Position numbers and translations under genes: made by a program. From positions 128,001-192,000 of the forward strand of contig CAVSAC010000012.1 in the NCBI GenBank assembly GCA_963725865.1: a stretch of DNA of 64,000 nt, written 5' to 3'. The stretch's first letter is position 1. Each line of letters begins with the position of its first letter. The notes under the pieces are model-generated. The model saw only the letters and a list, made by a program, of their open reading frames with translations, searched no databases and had not been told where the DNA came from. This document shows positions 11,156-24,792 of this stretch, piece by piece. The stretch is from Candidatus Eiseniibacteriota bacterium. Lineage in GTDB: Bacteria > Eisenbacteria > RBG-16-71-46.

Positions 11156-12036
11156 ATGGCGCGAATCGACTGGGTGGGAGTGGTGGCCATCGTGGCGGCT
11201 CTGGGGACGTCGCCGGGGGCGCGCCTCGGCGATGGGCGTCTGCATGCACTGCGTGGCCGGCTGGAGACTGCGGCGTGGGGGGCAGCTATCAGTTCTGCCT
11301 CAGCGGCAAGATCGGGGATGTCTCCCTATTGCACGCTGGTCGGAGCCTGCGGCGGCGGCGGCGGCGGCTCGGGGGACGAGGGCCTCATGCGTCCTCGATA
11401 CGGGGCGCGGCCCGGTTCGGCCGCGGGCGACGTGTCGGAACTGCGCGCCGCCGGCCGGGCGCCCGAGAACTCCGCCGACGTGGTGCTCGTCCTCTATGCG
11501 CTGCGGATCCCGATCGGTCCGAACGTGGAGCCATTCCTCGCGGGACAACTGTCCTGGGTCGTTCGCGCGCAACTCGCGGCGCGCACCGCGCACGGCCTGC
11601 TCGATGCGGTGGCCGCGCACGCCGGTCGCGGAGTGGATGCCGTTCCCGTGGTCGAGGAATTCGCGGCGCTGGGGCCGCGGTGTTCGCGGCCTCCTTCGCC
11701 GCCACCGACGGCGACGGATATGCGCTGGCGCTCGAGCTCTCGGGCGGCGCGACACGCATTCGACTGTGCGCGATCCGCGGCCGGATGCCGGCCGGCTCGA
11801 TCGCCGACGCCACGTTGAACGAAGACGACGTGCTGTGCGCCCGCATCCGCGGTGGCGGCCACGACTACGCGCTCGTGCTCACCCCGCGCCTGCTGCGCGT
11901 CGCCAGCGGCGAGGACGGCGTGGGTCGTGCCGAGCGCCAGCAGTTCCACGCGGAGGCCGGTCGGCTCACCGCGCGCACCCTGGACGATGGCGTGCGATTC
12001 CAGCCGATCGAGTCACTGGCCGGCGCCTGCCACTGA
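11156..12036 (+). CDS. Secreted hypothetical protein, apparently frameshifted (about 3 frame changes)
   Basis: GGAGG RBS and signal peptide. Protein-like sequence alternates between two forward frames near 11220, 11325 and 11675. Confidence 0.45.
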
Positions 12037-12199
12037 GCCGCGCGGGCGCGGCGGGGCGGCGCTCGCAGCGGGCGCCGCCGCCTCGGGCTGGGCGCAGGAT
12101 TCCCTCGCCCGAGCCGTGGGTGGGGTGTAGGGTCGGTCGCGACGAGAAGCGGACTCCCCAGGATTCCGGCTCGCGGACCACGCGTGAAAGAAGGCGGCC

Positions 12200-14606
12200 A
12201 TGCCGCACGCCCGCGCTGTCACGACTTCGCTTCCGCTCCTGCTCATCCCGCTGCTGTCGGCTGCAGTCGGCGCGGCCGCCTCCGCACCGGTCGCCGCGAT
12301 CCCGGTCTCGGCGGTCGCGCGCCCTGCGGTACCGGCATCCGCGATGCCGATCCTCGGCGAGTTGCGCTCGGCGACCTCGGATACCGCGCGCTCGCGGCTG
12401 CTGATCATGCTCGACTTCGGACTCGGCTCCGGAACCCTGACGCTCACGACCGCTCCGCAAGCGGAATCGCGGCGCGCGTGAGGCGTGGGCAAACTGCGAT
12501 GGAGGCGCCGCTGAGCATGGTGGCGACGAGCGCGCGACGAATTGCCGCTGCGATCCTCCACCGGAGCGGTAGTCTCCGGCTCGCCGCACGGTGATCAGCC
12601 GTGCACGTCCCTCGCGTTGCCGGGGCGACCGGGATCGCGGCGAAGGCTACCGGGCTGGGCGCCCGTTGGGCCGCGGCTGCGTACCGCGCATCGAGCAGGG
12701 ATTCGCGATCGACCTCGCGACGAGCAACGAGCTATTCGAGTTCCTCGGCACCGAGTACCCATTCGTGACGTCGGATCAGGCGTTCCACGCATATGCGTCG
12801 ACCGCCCGCGCGGCGCTCGCCGAGCGGGACGCGCTCGTGGTGGCGCCTCGCCTGGCGGGATTCTGCCGCGGCATGCTCGTCGCGCTTCGCTCGCGCGCCG
12901 CCGCGGGCGACCTCGATGCCGGAGCGGCGGCCGCCTACTTCGCCGTGCCAGTCGCGCTGCTCGACGGGGAGGATCCGCGCGCGCTCGGGCTGTCGGTCGC
13001 GAGCGCGGCGGCCGTCGGTGGCGATCTCGGGCGCATTCGAGCACACGCGCGGATCGAGCACTCGGCCGTGCTCGGTCGGACCGAGGACTTCACCAAGTAC
13101 GCCCCGCGCGGCAGGTTCTCGATGGGCGATGGCGACCCGGGCTACTTCCAGGCGGTCGTGTTCCTCGGGCGGGCCACCTTCCGCGCGACCGATGAACGCG
13201 AGACGCGTCTCGCGCTGGCGATCGCGGAGGCACTGCGCTCGCGTCCCGCGCTGCTGGCGAGCTGGCGCGACCTGGACGGACTGTTGGGCGCGTGCTACGG
13301 ACCCAATGACGATGCGACGCCCGCGGACGCGGTCCGCGCGATCGAGGGCATCGACGCTCACGATGCGGCGCTCGCGGCACTGCGCAGGTCGCTCGCGTCC
13401 GTGGCCGCCCCGCGCATCCACACCGCGGCTGACACGCGCCCGAGTGGCGCGGCCGAGCGCGCCGGCGAGCGCGGTATGCGTGTGCTGGGCCAGCGCTACA
13501 CGCGCGGCGCCCACCGTTTCCAGCAGGCGCTGGAGTCGGGCGTGTGGCCGCTCACCAGCCTCGGAGTCGTGGGCGATCTCATGGGCTCCCGCCAGGCGGT
13601 GGAACTCGCGCGCGAGCGTGGCTGGCGGGTGATCGATGCGGCGCCCGCAGCGCCCGCCGGACCGGTCACAGATCTGCCCGAGGCCACGCTGCAGACGCTC
13701 GGCGCGCTCTTCATCCGCGACGCGCGCGCCCCGGCCTTCATGCGAGGTCCGGCCTGGGAGGAGAAGCAGATCAACACCGCGCTCGGCGGATGGGCCGAGA
13801 TCGTCGACCTGACGGCGCCGTTCGCGAAGGAAGCGAACATCTGCATGGGGCTCTCGCCGGCGACCGCACGGTTCCACGGCTACGTCGAGCCGGTGCCGGT
13901 GTTTTTCGCGCGCCTGGACTCGATGTGTCGTTCACTGCGCTACCGTCTGGATCGAGCCGGCTTGTTCGAGGCGATCGAATCGAGCCGTGAACGCACGCTT
14001 TCCGCGTGGCCGGAGCCTGCACGCTCGTCCGGCGCGTCAAACCGCAGGCCGCTCTCTCTCTCGGCGACGCTCGACGACTGGCGTGAGCGCGAACGCGTTC
14101 GGTTGATCCGGGAATTCGCGACCCTGCGCCCCACTCGCGACGTGTTCGACGAGCTGTCGGGGATCCTGGCCCACTGCGGCGACCTCGCTCATCGCGAGCT
14201 GGCGGGCGAGTCCCAGACCATCGAGGACGGGATCTTCCTGAAGAGCCTGGGGCGGCGCTTCAAGTCCCTCGCCTTCAACCGCTCGAACATGGGCGCCGCG
14301 ATGCTGCCGATGGGGATCGTCACCGACCTGGCGACCGAGTACCAATCCGGGCAGTGCCTCGAAGTGGGCACCGGGCTCGCGCACGTGATCTACGTGGCGG
14401 TGCCTGACGGCGACCACGCGTTCGTCTGCCGCGGTGCGGTGTACGCATACCACGAGTTCACGCAGCCAGGGACGCGGCGGCTCGACCACGCGAGCTGGCG
14501 GCGGATGCTGAGGGACGGCACGGCGCCCTCGCCCTGGCTCGCCTCGCGCGCCCTGCTGCGCTGGAGCGCGGGTGAGCATCCGGTGCCCGGGCCGCACGAA
14601 CGCTGA
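12200..14606 (+). CDS. DUF3160 domain protein, N-terminus broken by frameshifts
   Basis: EDFTKYAPRG, GQRYT, KQINTALGGWAE, GYVEP and GAVYAYHEF motifs in 12591-14606. Signal peptide ORF at 12200. Confidence 0.75.
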
Positions 14607-14685
14607 CGCGGTCGCGCATGCCGGGTGAATTCGGCCCTCCACGGTCGCCCGCTCAGGTGTATCGTCCCCGCAGGCATCGTTCACA

Positions 14686-14734
14686 GGGGACCCTGTGTGT
14701 CCCCCCGTTCCACCGAGGGCCCTGTGTGCCCTCG
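14686..14734 (+). promoter_or_regulatory. Twin stem-loops with identical CCUGUGU loops in the acnA 5' leader
   Basis: GGGGAC-CCTGTGT-GTCCCC and CGAGGGC-CCTGTGT-GCCCTCG, located between a TATCGT -10-like box (14660) and the AAAGGA RBS. Confidence 0.65.
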
Positions 14735-14753
14735 TCACCGGAAAGGATGCGTC

Positions 14754-17471
<2,718 letters not shown>

Positions 17472-17495
17472 GCCGGGTCGGACCGAAAACGCGAT

Positions 17496-17533
17496 CGATG
17501 GGCCGCCGCCGCGCGAGCGGAAGCGGCCCATCG
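17496..17533. terminator. Stem-loop downstream of acnA
   Basis: 11-bp stem CGATGGGCCGC/GCGGCCCATCG, capped by CCGC-GCGA-GCGG (GNRA loop). Confidence 0.55.
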
Positions 17534-17683
17534 CCGCATGCGAGCGCGGAGCCGGCGAGCAGCGCGCGCCCCGCTCGGTGGTGAACGGTGCGGGCCGCCC
17601 GCACCTCACGAGATTCCCGTTGCCCGCGACCGCCCGGCTCCGCCATCGTCACCGGACCGATTCGGGCCGTGGAGGGGACCTGC

Positions 17684-18112
17684 ATGCCGGACATCCATCA
17701 TTCGATCACGATCGCCGCACCGGCGGAGGTGCTCGCGACGCTCGTCTCGACCGGCGACGGGTTGCGCCAGTGGTGGGCGGAGGACGTCGAGACGCTGCCC
17801 GATCGAACCGTGAGCCTGGGCTTCTTCAACCGCTCGACCCTCTACCGGCTGCGGTTGCTCGAACGGAGCGCCGCTCGCGTCGCCTGGCGCTGCGAGTCCG
17901 GGCGCGAGTGGGAGAACACCGAGCTGATCTTCAGCACGCGCGCCGAGCGCTCGAACATCCTGCTGGATTTCGTCCACGGGAAGTGGCGCGAGGAGTCCGG
18001 CTACTTCGTCTCGTGCAACACGACGTGGGGCGGATTGATGTTCCGGCTCCGGAGCGCGGCGGAAGGCAGGAACCCCGGGCCGCTGTTCGCGCGCGACTCG
18101 CTGGCGTACTGA
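17684..18112 (+). CDS. SRPBCC/AHSA1 domain protein
   Basis: MPDIHHSITIAAP..GLRQWW..EWENTEL..CNTTWG pattern with GGAGG RBS. Confidence 0.85.
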   Translation: MPDIHHSITIAAPAEVLATLVSTGDGLRQWWAEDVETLPDRTVSLGFFNRSTLYRLRLLERSAARVAWRCESGREWENTELIFSTRAERSNILLDFVHGKWREESGYFVSCNTTWGGLMFRLRSAAEGRNPGPLFARDSLAY

Positions 18113-18161
18113 GCGCGGATTGTTGTCCGCGCCCCGTGCGGCGCGGACACGGAGGAACCTG

Positions 18162-18977
18162 ATGACCAACGCCCCGGGCGATCGCTGGGTCGCCGGCGCC
18201 GCCTACGAAGCGTACATGGGCCGCTGGAGTCGCCCGCTCGCCGCCGCGTTCGTGGAGTGGCTGCGCGCGGGCCCCGCGGCGCACTGGCTCGAGGTCGGGT
18301 GCGGCACCGGGGCGCTCACGACCACGCTCTGCGAGCGCTGCGAGCCCGCGTCGGTGATCGCCTGCGAGCCGAGCGAGGCGTTCCTCCAGCACGCGCGCGG
18401 CGACTGCCCCGACCCGCGCGCTTCGTTCGTCCTGGCGGACGCCGGCGACCTGCCGCGACGCGACGGCCGGTTCGACGTGATCGTCTCGGGGCTCGTGTTG
18501 AACTTCATCCCCGAGCCGGCCCGGGCCATCGCCGCCATGCGCGATCGGGCCCGCCCGGGCGGCACGGTCGCCGCGTACGTCTGGGACTACGCGGACGGCA
18601 TGGAGTTCCTGCGCCGCTTCTGGGACGAAGCGGTCGCCGCGGACCCGGGCGCCGCCGCGCACGACGAAGGCCGGCGCTTCCCGCTCTGTCGCGCGCCGGC
18701 GCTGGAAGCGCTCTTTCGCGGGGCGGGGCTCGCACGGGTGGTGACCACGGCGCTCGAGGTGCCGACCGAGTTCGCCGACTTCGACGACTACTGGACGCCG
18801 TTCCTCCACGGGACCGGGCCGGCGCCCGGCTACGTGCTGGCGCTGGATCCGGCCCGCCGCGAGGCGCTGCGCGCGCGGCTGGCGCGTCGCCTGCCGGCGG
18901 ACCCCGACGGGCGCATCCGGCTGCGGGCGCGCGCGTGGGCCGTGCGCGGCGACTCGCCCCATGTGGGGGACGCATGA
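18162..18977 (+). CDS. Class I SAM-dependent methyltransferase
   Basis: YEAYMGRWS, WLEVGCGTG, SGLVLNF and YVWDY motifs. Confidence 0.9.
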   Translation: MTNAPGDRWVAGAAYEAYMGRWSRPLAAAFVEWLRAGPAAHWLEVGCGTGALTTTLCERCEPASVIACEPSEAFLQHARGDCPDPRASFVLADAGDLPRRDGRFDVIVSGLVLNFIPEPARAIAAMRDRARPGGTVAAYVWDYADGMEFLRRFWDEAVAADPGAAAHDEGRRFPLCRAPALEALFRGAGLARVVTTALEVPTEFADFDDYWTPFLHGTGPAPGYVLALDPARREALRARLARRLPADPDGRIRLRARAWAVRGDSPHVGDA

Positions 18978-19147
18978 CGAACGACGAGCAGGCGATCCGC
19001 GAGACGATCGCGACGTGGCTGGCGGCCAGCGCGGCGGGAGACGACGAGCGGGTGCTGAGCCTCATGTCGGACGACGTCCTCTTCCTGACCGCGGGCCGTC
19101 CCCCGATGGTCCGCGACGCCAACCTGGTGACCGCGGTGCCGTCGTGA
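18974..19147 (+). pseudogene. NTF2-like (SgcJ/EcaC, DUF4440) gene with an internal in-frame deletion
   Basis: The family N-terminus (DEQAIR..W..A..AGD..LM.DDV.FL..GRPPM) is joined directly to the family C-terminus (RDANL). Only 57 aa. Confidence 0.6.
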
Positions 19148-19254
19148 GGCCCGCGCGGCGACGGGTGTAGCATGCCTTTCGCCCGGCCTGGCCGCGCGGG
19201 AGCGGGCGATCGGCCCGCGCCGCGGCCCTGCCCGGCGAGGAAAGGGGAAGGGGA

Positions 19255-19662
19255 ATGGCCGCTCGTTCGATCGCCCCGCGCGATCCCGAACTGAAGGCGG
19301 CGCTCGGCACCGCCTGGCCCGTGTGGACCTCCATCCTGGAATCGCTCGCGACGCGCTTCGATCCCCTGGATCGCCAGTGGAAGCCGTCGAAGGCCGCGTT
19401 CGGCCGCATGTGTCTGCTGCAGCATCGCCAGCGCACGCTGGTCTACCTGACGCCGGAGGCGGGCGCGGTCACGGTCGCCGTGGTGCTCGGCGAGCGCGCC
19501 GTGGGCCTCGCGATGGACAGCGCGCTGCCGGCGGCGATCAAGACCTTGATCGCCGGGGCCCGCCCGTACGTCGAGGGCCGCGGCATCCGGTTCGCTGTTC
19601 GCAACGCGCGCGACGTGCGCACGGTGGCGAAGCTGGTCGAGCTGAAGACCACGCCGAAGTGA
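19255..19662 (+). CDS. DUF3788-like protein
   Basis: RTLVYLTP..VLGERA..ARPYVEGRGIR..LVELK pattern. Confidence 0.7.
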   Translation: MAARSIAPRDPELKAALGTAWPVWTSILESLATRFDPLDRQWKPSKAAFGRMCLLQHRQRTLVYLTPEAGAVTVAVVLGERAVGLAMDSALPAAIKTLIAGARPYVEGRGIRFAVRNARDVRTVAKLVELKTTPK

Positions 19663-19762
19663 GAGGCGGCCATCCCGGGCGCCCGCGTCGGTGGTAGGCT
19701 GGTGCCGTCCCGCGCGAGCCTGGTGCCCGCGCGTCACCTCAAGCAAGCCTGAGGAACCAGCC

Positions 19763-20410
19763 GTGTCGCGCGCCCCCGGGAGCCGTCAGCGTCCCCAATC
19801 GCTCGGCGAGGAACTCGCCAACAGCGTGAGTCACGGCGTTGGATTCGTGTTCGCGCTCGTGGCGATCCCGATCCTCGTGGTGAACTCGACGCGACACGGC
19901 GCCACCGCGGTGGTCGGCGCGAGCGTGTTCGCGGCGAGCCTGGCGCTGCTCTACCTGTGCTCGACGCTCTATCACGCGCTGCCGCCGTCGCGCGCCAAGC
20001 GGGTGTTCCAGGTGCTCGACCACGCGGCGATCTACCTGCTCATCGCGGGCACCTACACGCCGTTCACGCTCGGCGCGCTACGCGGCCCCTGGGGGTGGAC
20101 GCTGTTCGGGCTGATCTGGGCGCTTGCGGTCACCGGCATCGTGTTCAAGTCGACGCTGGGGATGCGGTACCCGCGGCTCTCCACGCTGGTCTATCTCGGG
20201 ATGGGCTGGCTGATCGTGGTGGCGGTGCGGCCATTGTGGCTGCACGTGCCGGCGTGGGGCCTGTTCTGGCTGCTCGCGGGCGGCGTCGCGTACACCGGGG
20301 GCGTGGCGTTCTACGCGGCGCGGCTGCGCTTCGCGCACTTCGTCTGGCACCTCGCCGTGCTTGCCGGCACCTTCTGCCACTTCGTCGCCGTGCTCGGGTA
20401 CTCGACGTGA
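19763..20410 (+). CDS. Hemolysin III / PAQR family membrane protein (TrhA/YqfA-like)
   Basis: EELANSVSHG, STLYH, DHAAIYLLIAGTYTPF and HFVWHL motifs. Confidence 0.92.
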   Translation: MSRAPGSRQRPQSLGEELANSVSHGVGFVFALVAIPILVVNSTRHGATAVVGASVFAASLALLYLCSTLYHALPPSRAKRVFQVLDHAAIYLLIAGTYTPFTLGALRGPWGWTLFGLIWALAVTGIVFKSTLGMRYPRLSTLVYLGMGWLIVVAVRPLWLHVPAWGLFWLLAGGVAYTGGVAFYAARLRFAHFVWHLAVLAGTFCHFVAVLGYST

Positions 20411-20420
20411 GCGACTCGCG

Positions 20421-21014
20421 ATGAGCGCGCCCAGGCCAAAGACGATCGCATTCCTGCGCGCCATCAACGTGGGGGGGCGCGTCGTGCCGATGAGCGATCT
20501 CAAGGCGCTGTTCGAGGCGCTCGGCCTCGCCGACGTCGAGACGTTCATCGCGAGCGGCAACGTGATCTTCCGGTCGCCGTCGCGGAACGGACAGACGCTG
20601 CAGCGCCGGATCGAGCAGCGCCTGCGCGCGGTGCTCGGCTACGACGTGCCGGCGATGCTGCGCACCGACGCCGAGGTCGCGGCGATCGCGGCCTACCGCG
20701 CGTTCCCGCCGGCAAAGCTGCGCACCGCCGTCAGGCTCACCATCGGGCTGCTCGCGGCGCCGCCGACCGCGGCGGCGCTCAAGGCGCTGCAGGGATTGGC
20801 GACCGAGTTCGACGACTTCCACGTGAACGGCCGCGAGCTCCACTGGCTCGCACGCCGGAAGTTCAGCGAGACCACGATCACGACCGTCATGTTCGAGCGG
20901 GCGCTGAAGGCGCCGGTGACGTTCCGCGGGGTCAACACCATCGCGCGGCTCGCGGCGAAGTACCCGCCCGCGGGCGCGGCGGCCCCTTCCTCGAGATCGA
21001 GAGGACGATCCTGA
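20421..21014 (+). CDS. DUF1697 domain protein
   Basis: AFLRAINVGG and VETFIASGNVIF motifs. Confidence 0.9.
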   Translation: MSAPRPKTIAFLRAINVGGRVVPMSDLKALFEALGLADVETFIASGNVIFRSPSRNGQTLQRRIEQRLRAVLGYDVPAMLRTDAEVAAIAAYRAFPPAKLRTAVRLTIGLLAAPPTAAALKALQGLATEFDDFHVNGRELHWLARRKFSETTITTVMFERALKAPVTFRGVNTIARLAAKYPPAGAAAPSSRSRGRS

Positions 21015-21496
21015 TGCGCACGACTCCCGAGTCCATCCGCCAGTTCCTCACCGCCGGCCGCATCGCCGTCAGCGGCGTCTCGCGCGATCCGCAACAGCCG
21101 GCCAACCTCATCTACCGGAAGCTGCGCGGCGTGCGGACCGACGTGGTCGCGGTGAATCCGCGCGCCGAGCAGGTCGAGGGGGACCCGTGCTTTCCGACGC
21201 TGGCCGCGATCCCGGGCGGCGTCGATGCGGTGCTGGTCGCGACCGCGCCCGCGGCGGGCGTCGAGATCGTGCGCCAGTGCCAGGCGCTCGGCGTGCGCCT
21301 GGTGTGGTTCCATCGCTCGTTCGGCGCCGGCAGCGTCTCCGACGAGGCGGTCGCGCTGTGCCGCGCGAGCGGCATCATCCCGATCGTCGGCGGTTGCCCC
21401 ATGATGTTCGTGGAGCCGGTGGACCCGGCACACCGCTGCTTCCGCTGGTTCCTCGGCGTCACCGGCCGGCTGCCGGCCGATCGGCCCGCGTGCTGA
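21014..21496 (+). CDS. CoA-binding protein (YccU-like)
   Basis: IAVSGVSR, AVNP, VWFH and GCPMMF motifs. Confidence 0.85.
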   Translation: MRTTPESIRQFLTAGRIAVSGVSRDPQQPANLIYRKLRGVRTDVVAVNPRAEQVEGDPCFPTLAAIPGGVDAVLVATAPAAGVEIVRQCQALGVRLVWFHRSFGAGSVSDEAVALCRASGIIPIVGGCPMMFVEPVDPAHRCFRWFLGVTGRLPADRPAC

Positions 21497-21503
21497 CGGG
21501 GCG

Positions 21504-22091
21504 ATGATCGCGACTCCGAAGCCGAAGTTCTTCCGCTCGCCGGCCGAGTTCCGCCGCTGGCTGGCCGCGCACCACGCGAGCGCGGCGGAGCTGTGGGTGG
21601 GCTTCCGTAAGAAGGCCACCGGCGCGCCCAGCATCACATGGCCGGAATCGGTCGACGAAGCGCTGTGCGTGGGCTGGATCGACGGCCTCCGCAAGCGCAT
21701 CGACGATGCGGGCTACACGATCCGCTTCTCGCCGCGCAAGCCCGGCAGCATCTGGAGCGCCGTGAACGTGCGGCGCGCGCGGGCGCTGATCGAACAGGGC
21801 CGCATGCGCGCGGCGGGGCTGAAGGCGTACGAGGCGCGGCGCGCGAACCGTGTCGGCGTGTATTCGTTCGAGCAGCGCAGCGTCGCGCTGCCGCCGCCGT
21901 ACGAGGCGAAGCTCCAGCGCAACGCCGCCGCGTGGCGCTTCTTCCACGCGCAGACCGCGTCGTATCGCCGGGCCGCGATGTGGTGGGTCGTCAGCGCGAA
22001 GCAGGAGGCGACCCGGCTGCGACGACTGGAGCAGTTGATCGACCATTCCGCTCACGGACGATGCGCTCCGCAGTTCCTGCGCCGGACCTGA
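21504..22091 (+). CDS. YdeI/OmpD-associated family protein
   Basis: FRRWL..H, VDEALCVGWIDG, RFSPRK.SIWS.VN and AKQEATR motifs. Confidence 0.9.
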   Translation: MIATPKPKFFRSPAEFRRWLAAHHASAAELWVGFRKKATGAPSITWPESVDEALCVGWIDGLRKRIDDAGYTIRFSPRKPGSIWSAVNVRRARALIEQGRMRAAGLKAYEARRANRVGVYSFEQRSVALPPPYEAKLQRNAAAWRFFHAQTASYRRAAMWWVVSAKQEATRLRRLEQLIDHSAHGRCAPQFLRRT

Positions 22092-22117
22092 GCGCCGCCG
22101 CACCGAGGAGGGCGACC

Positions 22118-22417
22118 ATGCACTACCTGCTGTTCTACGACGTCGTCGATGACTACGTGGAGCGCCGCGGCGCGTTCCGCGCCCTCCACCTGGCGCACGC
22201 GCGAGCCGCGGTCGCGCGCGGCGAGTTGGTGCTGGGTGGGGCGCTCGCCGAGCCCGTGGACACCGCGGTGCTGCTGTTCCGCGGCGAGTCGCCCGCGGTC
22301 GCGGAGGGCTTCGCCGCCGCCGATCCCTACGTGCTCAACGGCCTCGTGCGCGGCTGGAAGGTGCGCCCGTGGAGCACCGTGGTGGGCCCGGACGCGGCGG
22401 TCCCGGTGCGCGACTGA
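22118..22417 (+). CDS. YciI family protein
   Basis: MHYLLFYD, R..HL and DPYVLNGLV motifs with GAGGAG RBS. Confidence 0.9.
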   Translation: MHYLLFYDVVDDYVERRGAFRALHLAHARAAVARGELVLGGALAEPVDTAVLLFRGESPAVAEGFAAADPYVLNGLVRGWKVRPWSTVVGPDAAVPVRD

Positions 22418-22432
22418 AGGCACAGCGCGCGC

Positions 22433-23734
22433 TCAGAGCGTGGCGGCGCCCTCGGGCATCCCGCGGAGCACCAGCGCCGGCGGCTCCTCCTCGATGAGGT
22501 CGCCGAACTCCTGCCGGAAGCGATCGAGCGGCATGTGCGCGGTGGCCGCGAACTTCGCGAGCGCATGCGGGTCGTCGAAGTCGTCGCGGCGGATGCGGAT
22601 CATGTAGCGCCGCGCGATCGCGTAGCGCGCCGAACGCAGGTCGACCATGCGGATCCGCGCCCGGCCGGTCTCGGGATCGAGCATCGTGCTGAACGGCAGC
22701 GGCACGAACTCGCCGCCCTGCATCGTGACGATCGCCGCGTTGTGGCCGCTCAACAGGTACTTGGCCGCGCAGTAGCCGAGGTCGCGCGCGTACTCCATGT
22801 CGAACGGGATGGGATCCGCGCAGCGCAGCTCGTAGCCGACGTTCTTGGCCACGATGGTGCTGCTGATGCCGAACTCCTTGAGGCGCGTCTGCACCGCTCG
22901 CTTGAGGATCTCGCCGAAGTCCACCTCGGCAATGCGCAGGTGGCCGTGCGCGTCGCGCTCGACGTTCTCCATGCCCTCGAAGTCCTGCGGATCGATCGCG
23001 AGCACCACGCCCTCGGCGATCACCGCGACGCCGTCGCGGCGCCCGTCGGCGAGCCGCTTCAGGTGCGCACCGACCAGCGTGTCGACCACGGTCTTGAGCC
23101 GCAGCGGGCGGCGCTGGAACTCCTCCGGGATGAGCGTCAGCGTCGCGCCGGCCGCCTTGCCCATACCGAGCGCGAGGTGTCCGGCCTTGCGACCCATCGC
23201 GATCACGTAGTACCAGCGCGACGTGGTCTTGGCGTCCACCATCAGGTTCTTGAGGATGTCGACGCCGATGTGGCGCGCGGTCTGGTAGCCGAACGTGTCG
23301 ACGTGCGGCGGCAGGTCGAGGTCGTTGTCGATCGACTTGGGCACGTGCATCACGTGGATGCGTCCCGCCGACTTCTCCTCGAGCTTCATCGCCGAGAACG
23401 CGGTGTCGTCGCCACCGATGGTGATGAGGTCGGATACGTTCAGCCGCAGCAGCGAGATGATCGCGTTCTCGAGCAGTTCGGGGCTCTTGGTCGGATTGGC
23501 GCGCGAGATCCCGATGTACGAGCCGCCGCGGAAGTGGATGCGGCTGACGCCCTCGATGGTCAGGGGACGCGCGTGGTCGATGTTCCCCTGCATGATCCAC
23601 TCGAAACCATCCTCGACGCCGAACACTTCGACGCCTTCCAGCGCGGCGCGGATGGTGGCGGCTCCGATAACGGCGTTGATGCCGGGGGCGGGGCCGCCGC
23701 CCACCAGGATCGCGAGTCGTTTGCGTTGTGACAT
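22433..23734 (-). CDS. pfp: PPi-dependent phosphofructokinase
   Basis: GGGPAPGIN, GGDDT (Asp typical of PPi-PFK), PKSIDND, MGRKAG and GYELRC motifs. Confidence 0.9.
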   Translation of the reverse strand: MSQRKRLAILVGGGPAPGINAVIGAATIRAALEGVEVFGVEDGFEWIMQGNIDHARPLTIEGVSRIHFRGGSYIGISRANPTKSPELLENAIISLLRLNVSDLITIGGDDTAFSAMKLEEKSAGRIHVMHVPKSIDNDLDLPPHVDTFGYQTARHIGVDILKNLMVDAKTTSRWYYVIAMGRKAGHLALGMGKAAGATLTLIPEEFQRRPLRLKTVVDTLVGAHLKRLADGRRDGVAVIAEGVVLAIDPQDFEGMENVERDAHGHLRIAEVDFGEILKRAVQTRLKEFGISSTIVAKNVGYELRCADPIPFDMEYARDLGYCAAKYLLSGHNAAIVTMQGGEFVPLPFSTMLDPETGRARIRMVDLRSARYAIARRYMIRIRRDDFDDPHALAKFAATAHMPLDRFRQEFGDLIEEEPPALVLRGMPEGAATL

Positions 23735-23870
23735 GCGTGATTCCTCCTCGAGTCGTGGAGAGTACCCGCTTCGACCCCCGGATGCGAAACCCTCGGCGGT
23801 CCGTGCCGTCGGCATCCGGCCGCGGCCCGGATGACGCGACGACGGTGCGCGGCTATGCTGCGCGCTTGAG

Positions 23871-24658
23871 ATGAACCTCACGTTCGACCATGCGGTGATC
23901 GTAGTGCCCGCGCTCGACGAGGCCGTGCAACGCTACGCGGCGGCCGGCTTCGTGGTCACGCCCGGTGGCCGGCACGACGTGCTGCCCACCGCGAACGCGC
24001 TGGTGGCGTTCGCGGACGGCAGTTACCTGGAGTTGCTCGCGCCGCGCGACGAGGAGGCGCACGCCTCGCTGCGGCTGCGCAGCCAGCGACCGGGCTGGGC
24101 GGCCGGGTTGCGCCGCGGCTCGGCGATCGGGCGTCGCTTCCTCCCGCGCCTGGTGGGCCCGGCGGGCGTACGCGACCTGGTGCTGGCGGGCAACGGGCTC
24201 GCGCGCTTCGCCGCGGAGTCGCGGCGGCGCGGGTTCGTCATGACCGGGCCGGTCGCGATGTCGCGCGAGCGGCCGGACGGCGTGCGCCTGGAGTGGGCGC
24301 TGGTGCTGCCGGCCGCCGACGGGCTGCCGTTCCTGATCGAGGACCTCACGCCGCGCGCGTCCCGCGTGCCGTCCGATCCCGCGGCCTGCGCGCATCCGAA
24401 TCGAGCGCGCGGTGTGGCGGCGGTGACGGTACGGACCGCCGACGTGGCGGGGACGGCGCTGACCTACGCCGACCTGTTCGGCGCGACGCCGGTCGCCCGC
24501 GCCGACGGCAGCACCGCGCTCCAGCTCGCGGGGGTGCGATCGTGATCGTCGTCGGCGCCCCGGAGGGCGCGGCGGGCATCACCCTGCACGGCGTCGGCGC
24601 GCTTCCGGCCGCGATCGCCCAGGATGGCGTGAGCGGCGAATCCGTGGCGGGTGGCTGA
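23871..24658 (+). CDS. VOC/glyoxalase-like protein, frameshift near 24540
   Basis: FDHAVIVV, GGRH..TANAL..DGSYLEL, RPDG..LEW and LPFLIED motifs. The tail continues in another frame to 24658. Confidence 0.8.
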
Positions 24659-24792
24659 AAGCAGGCGCGCCGCGGCGGATCGAGTTGGGGGTTCCCTGAC
24701 GTTCGCGCCGGGTCACCACGCTAGTCTGCGCGCATTCGACCGCGGACCGCGCACCGGGATCGGCCCGGCGCGTTCCGCGCGCGAGCGAGCCC

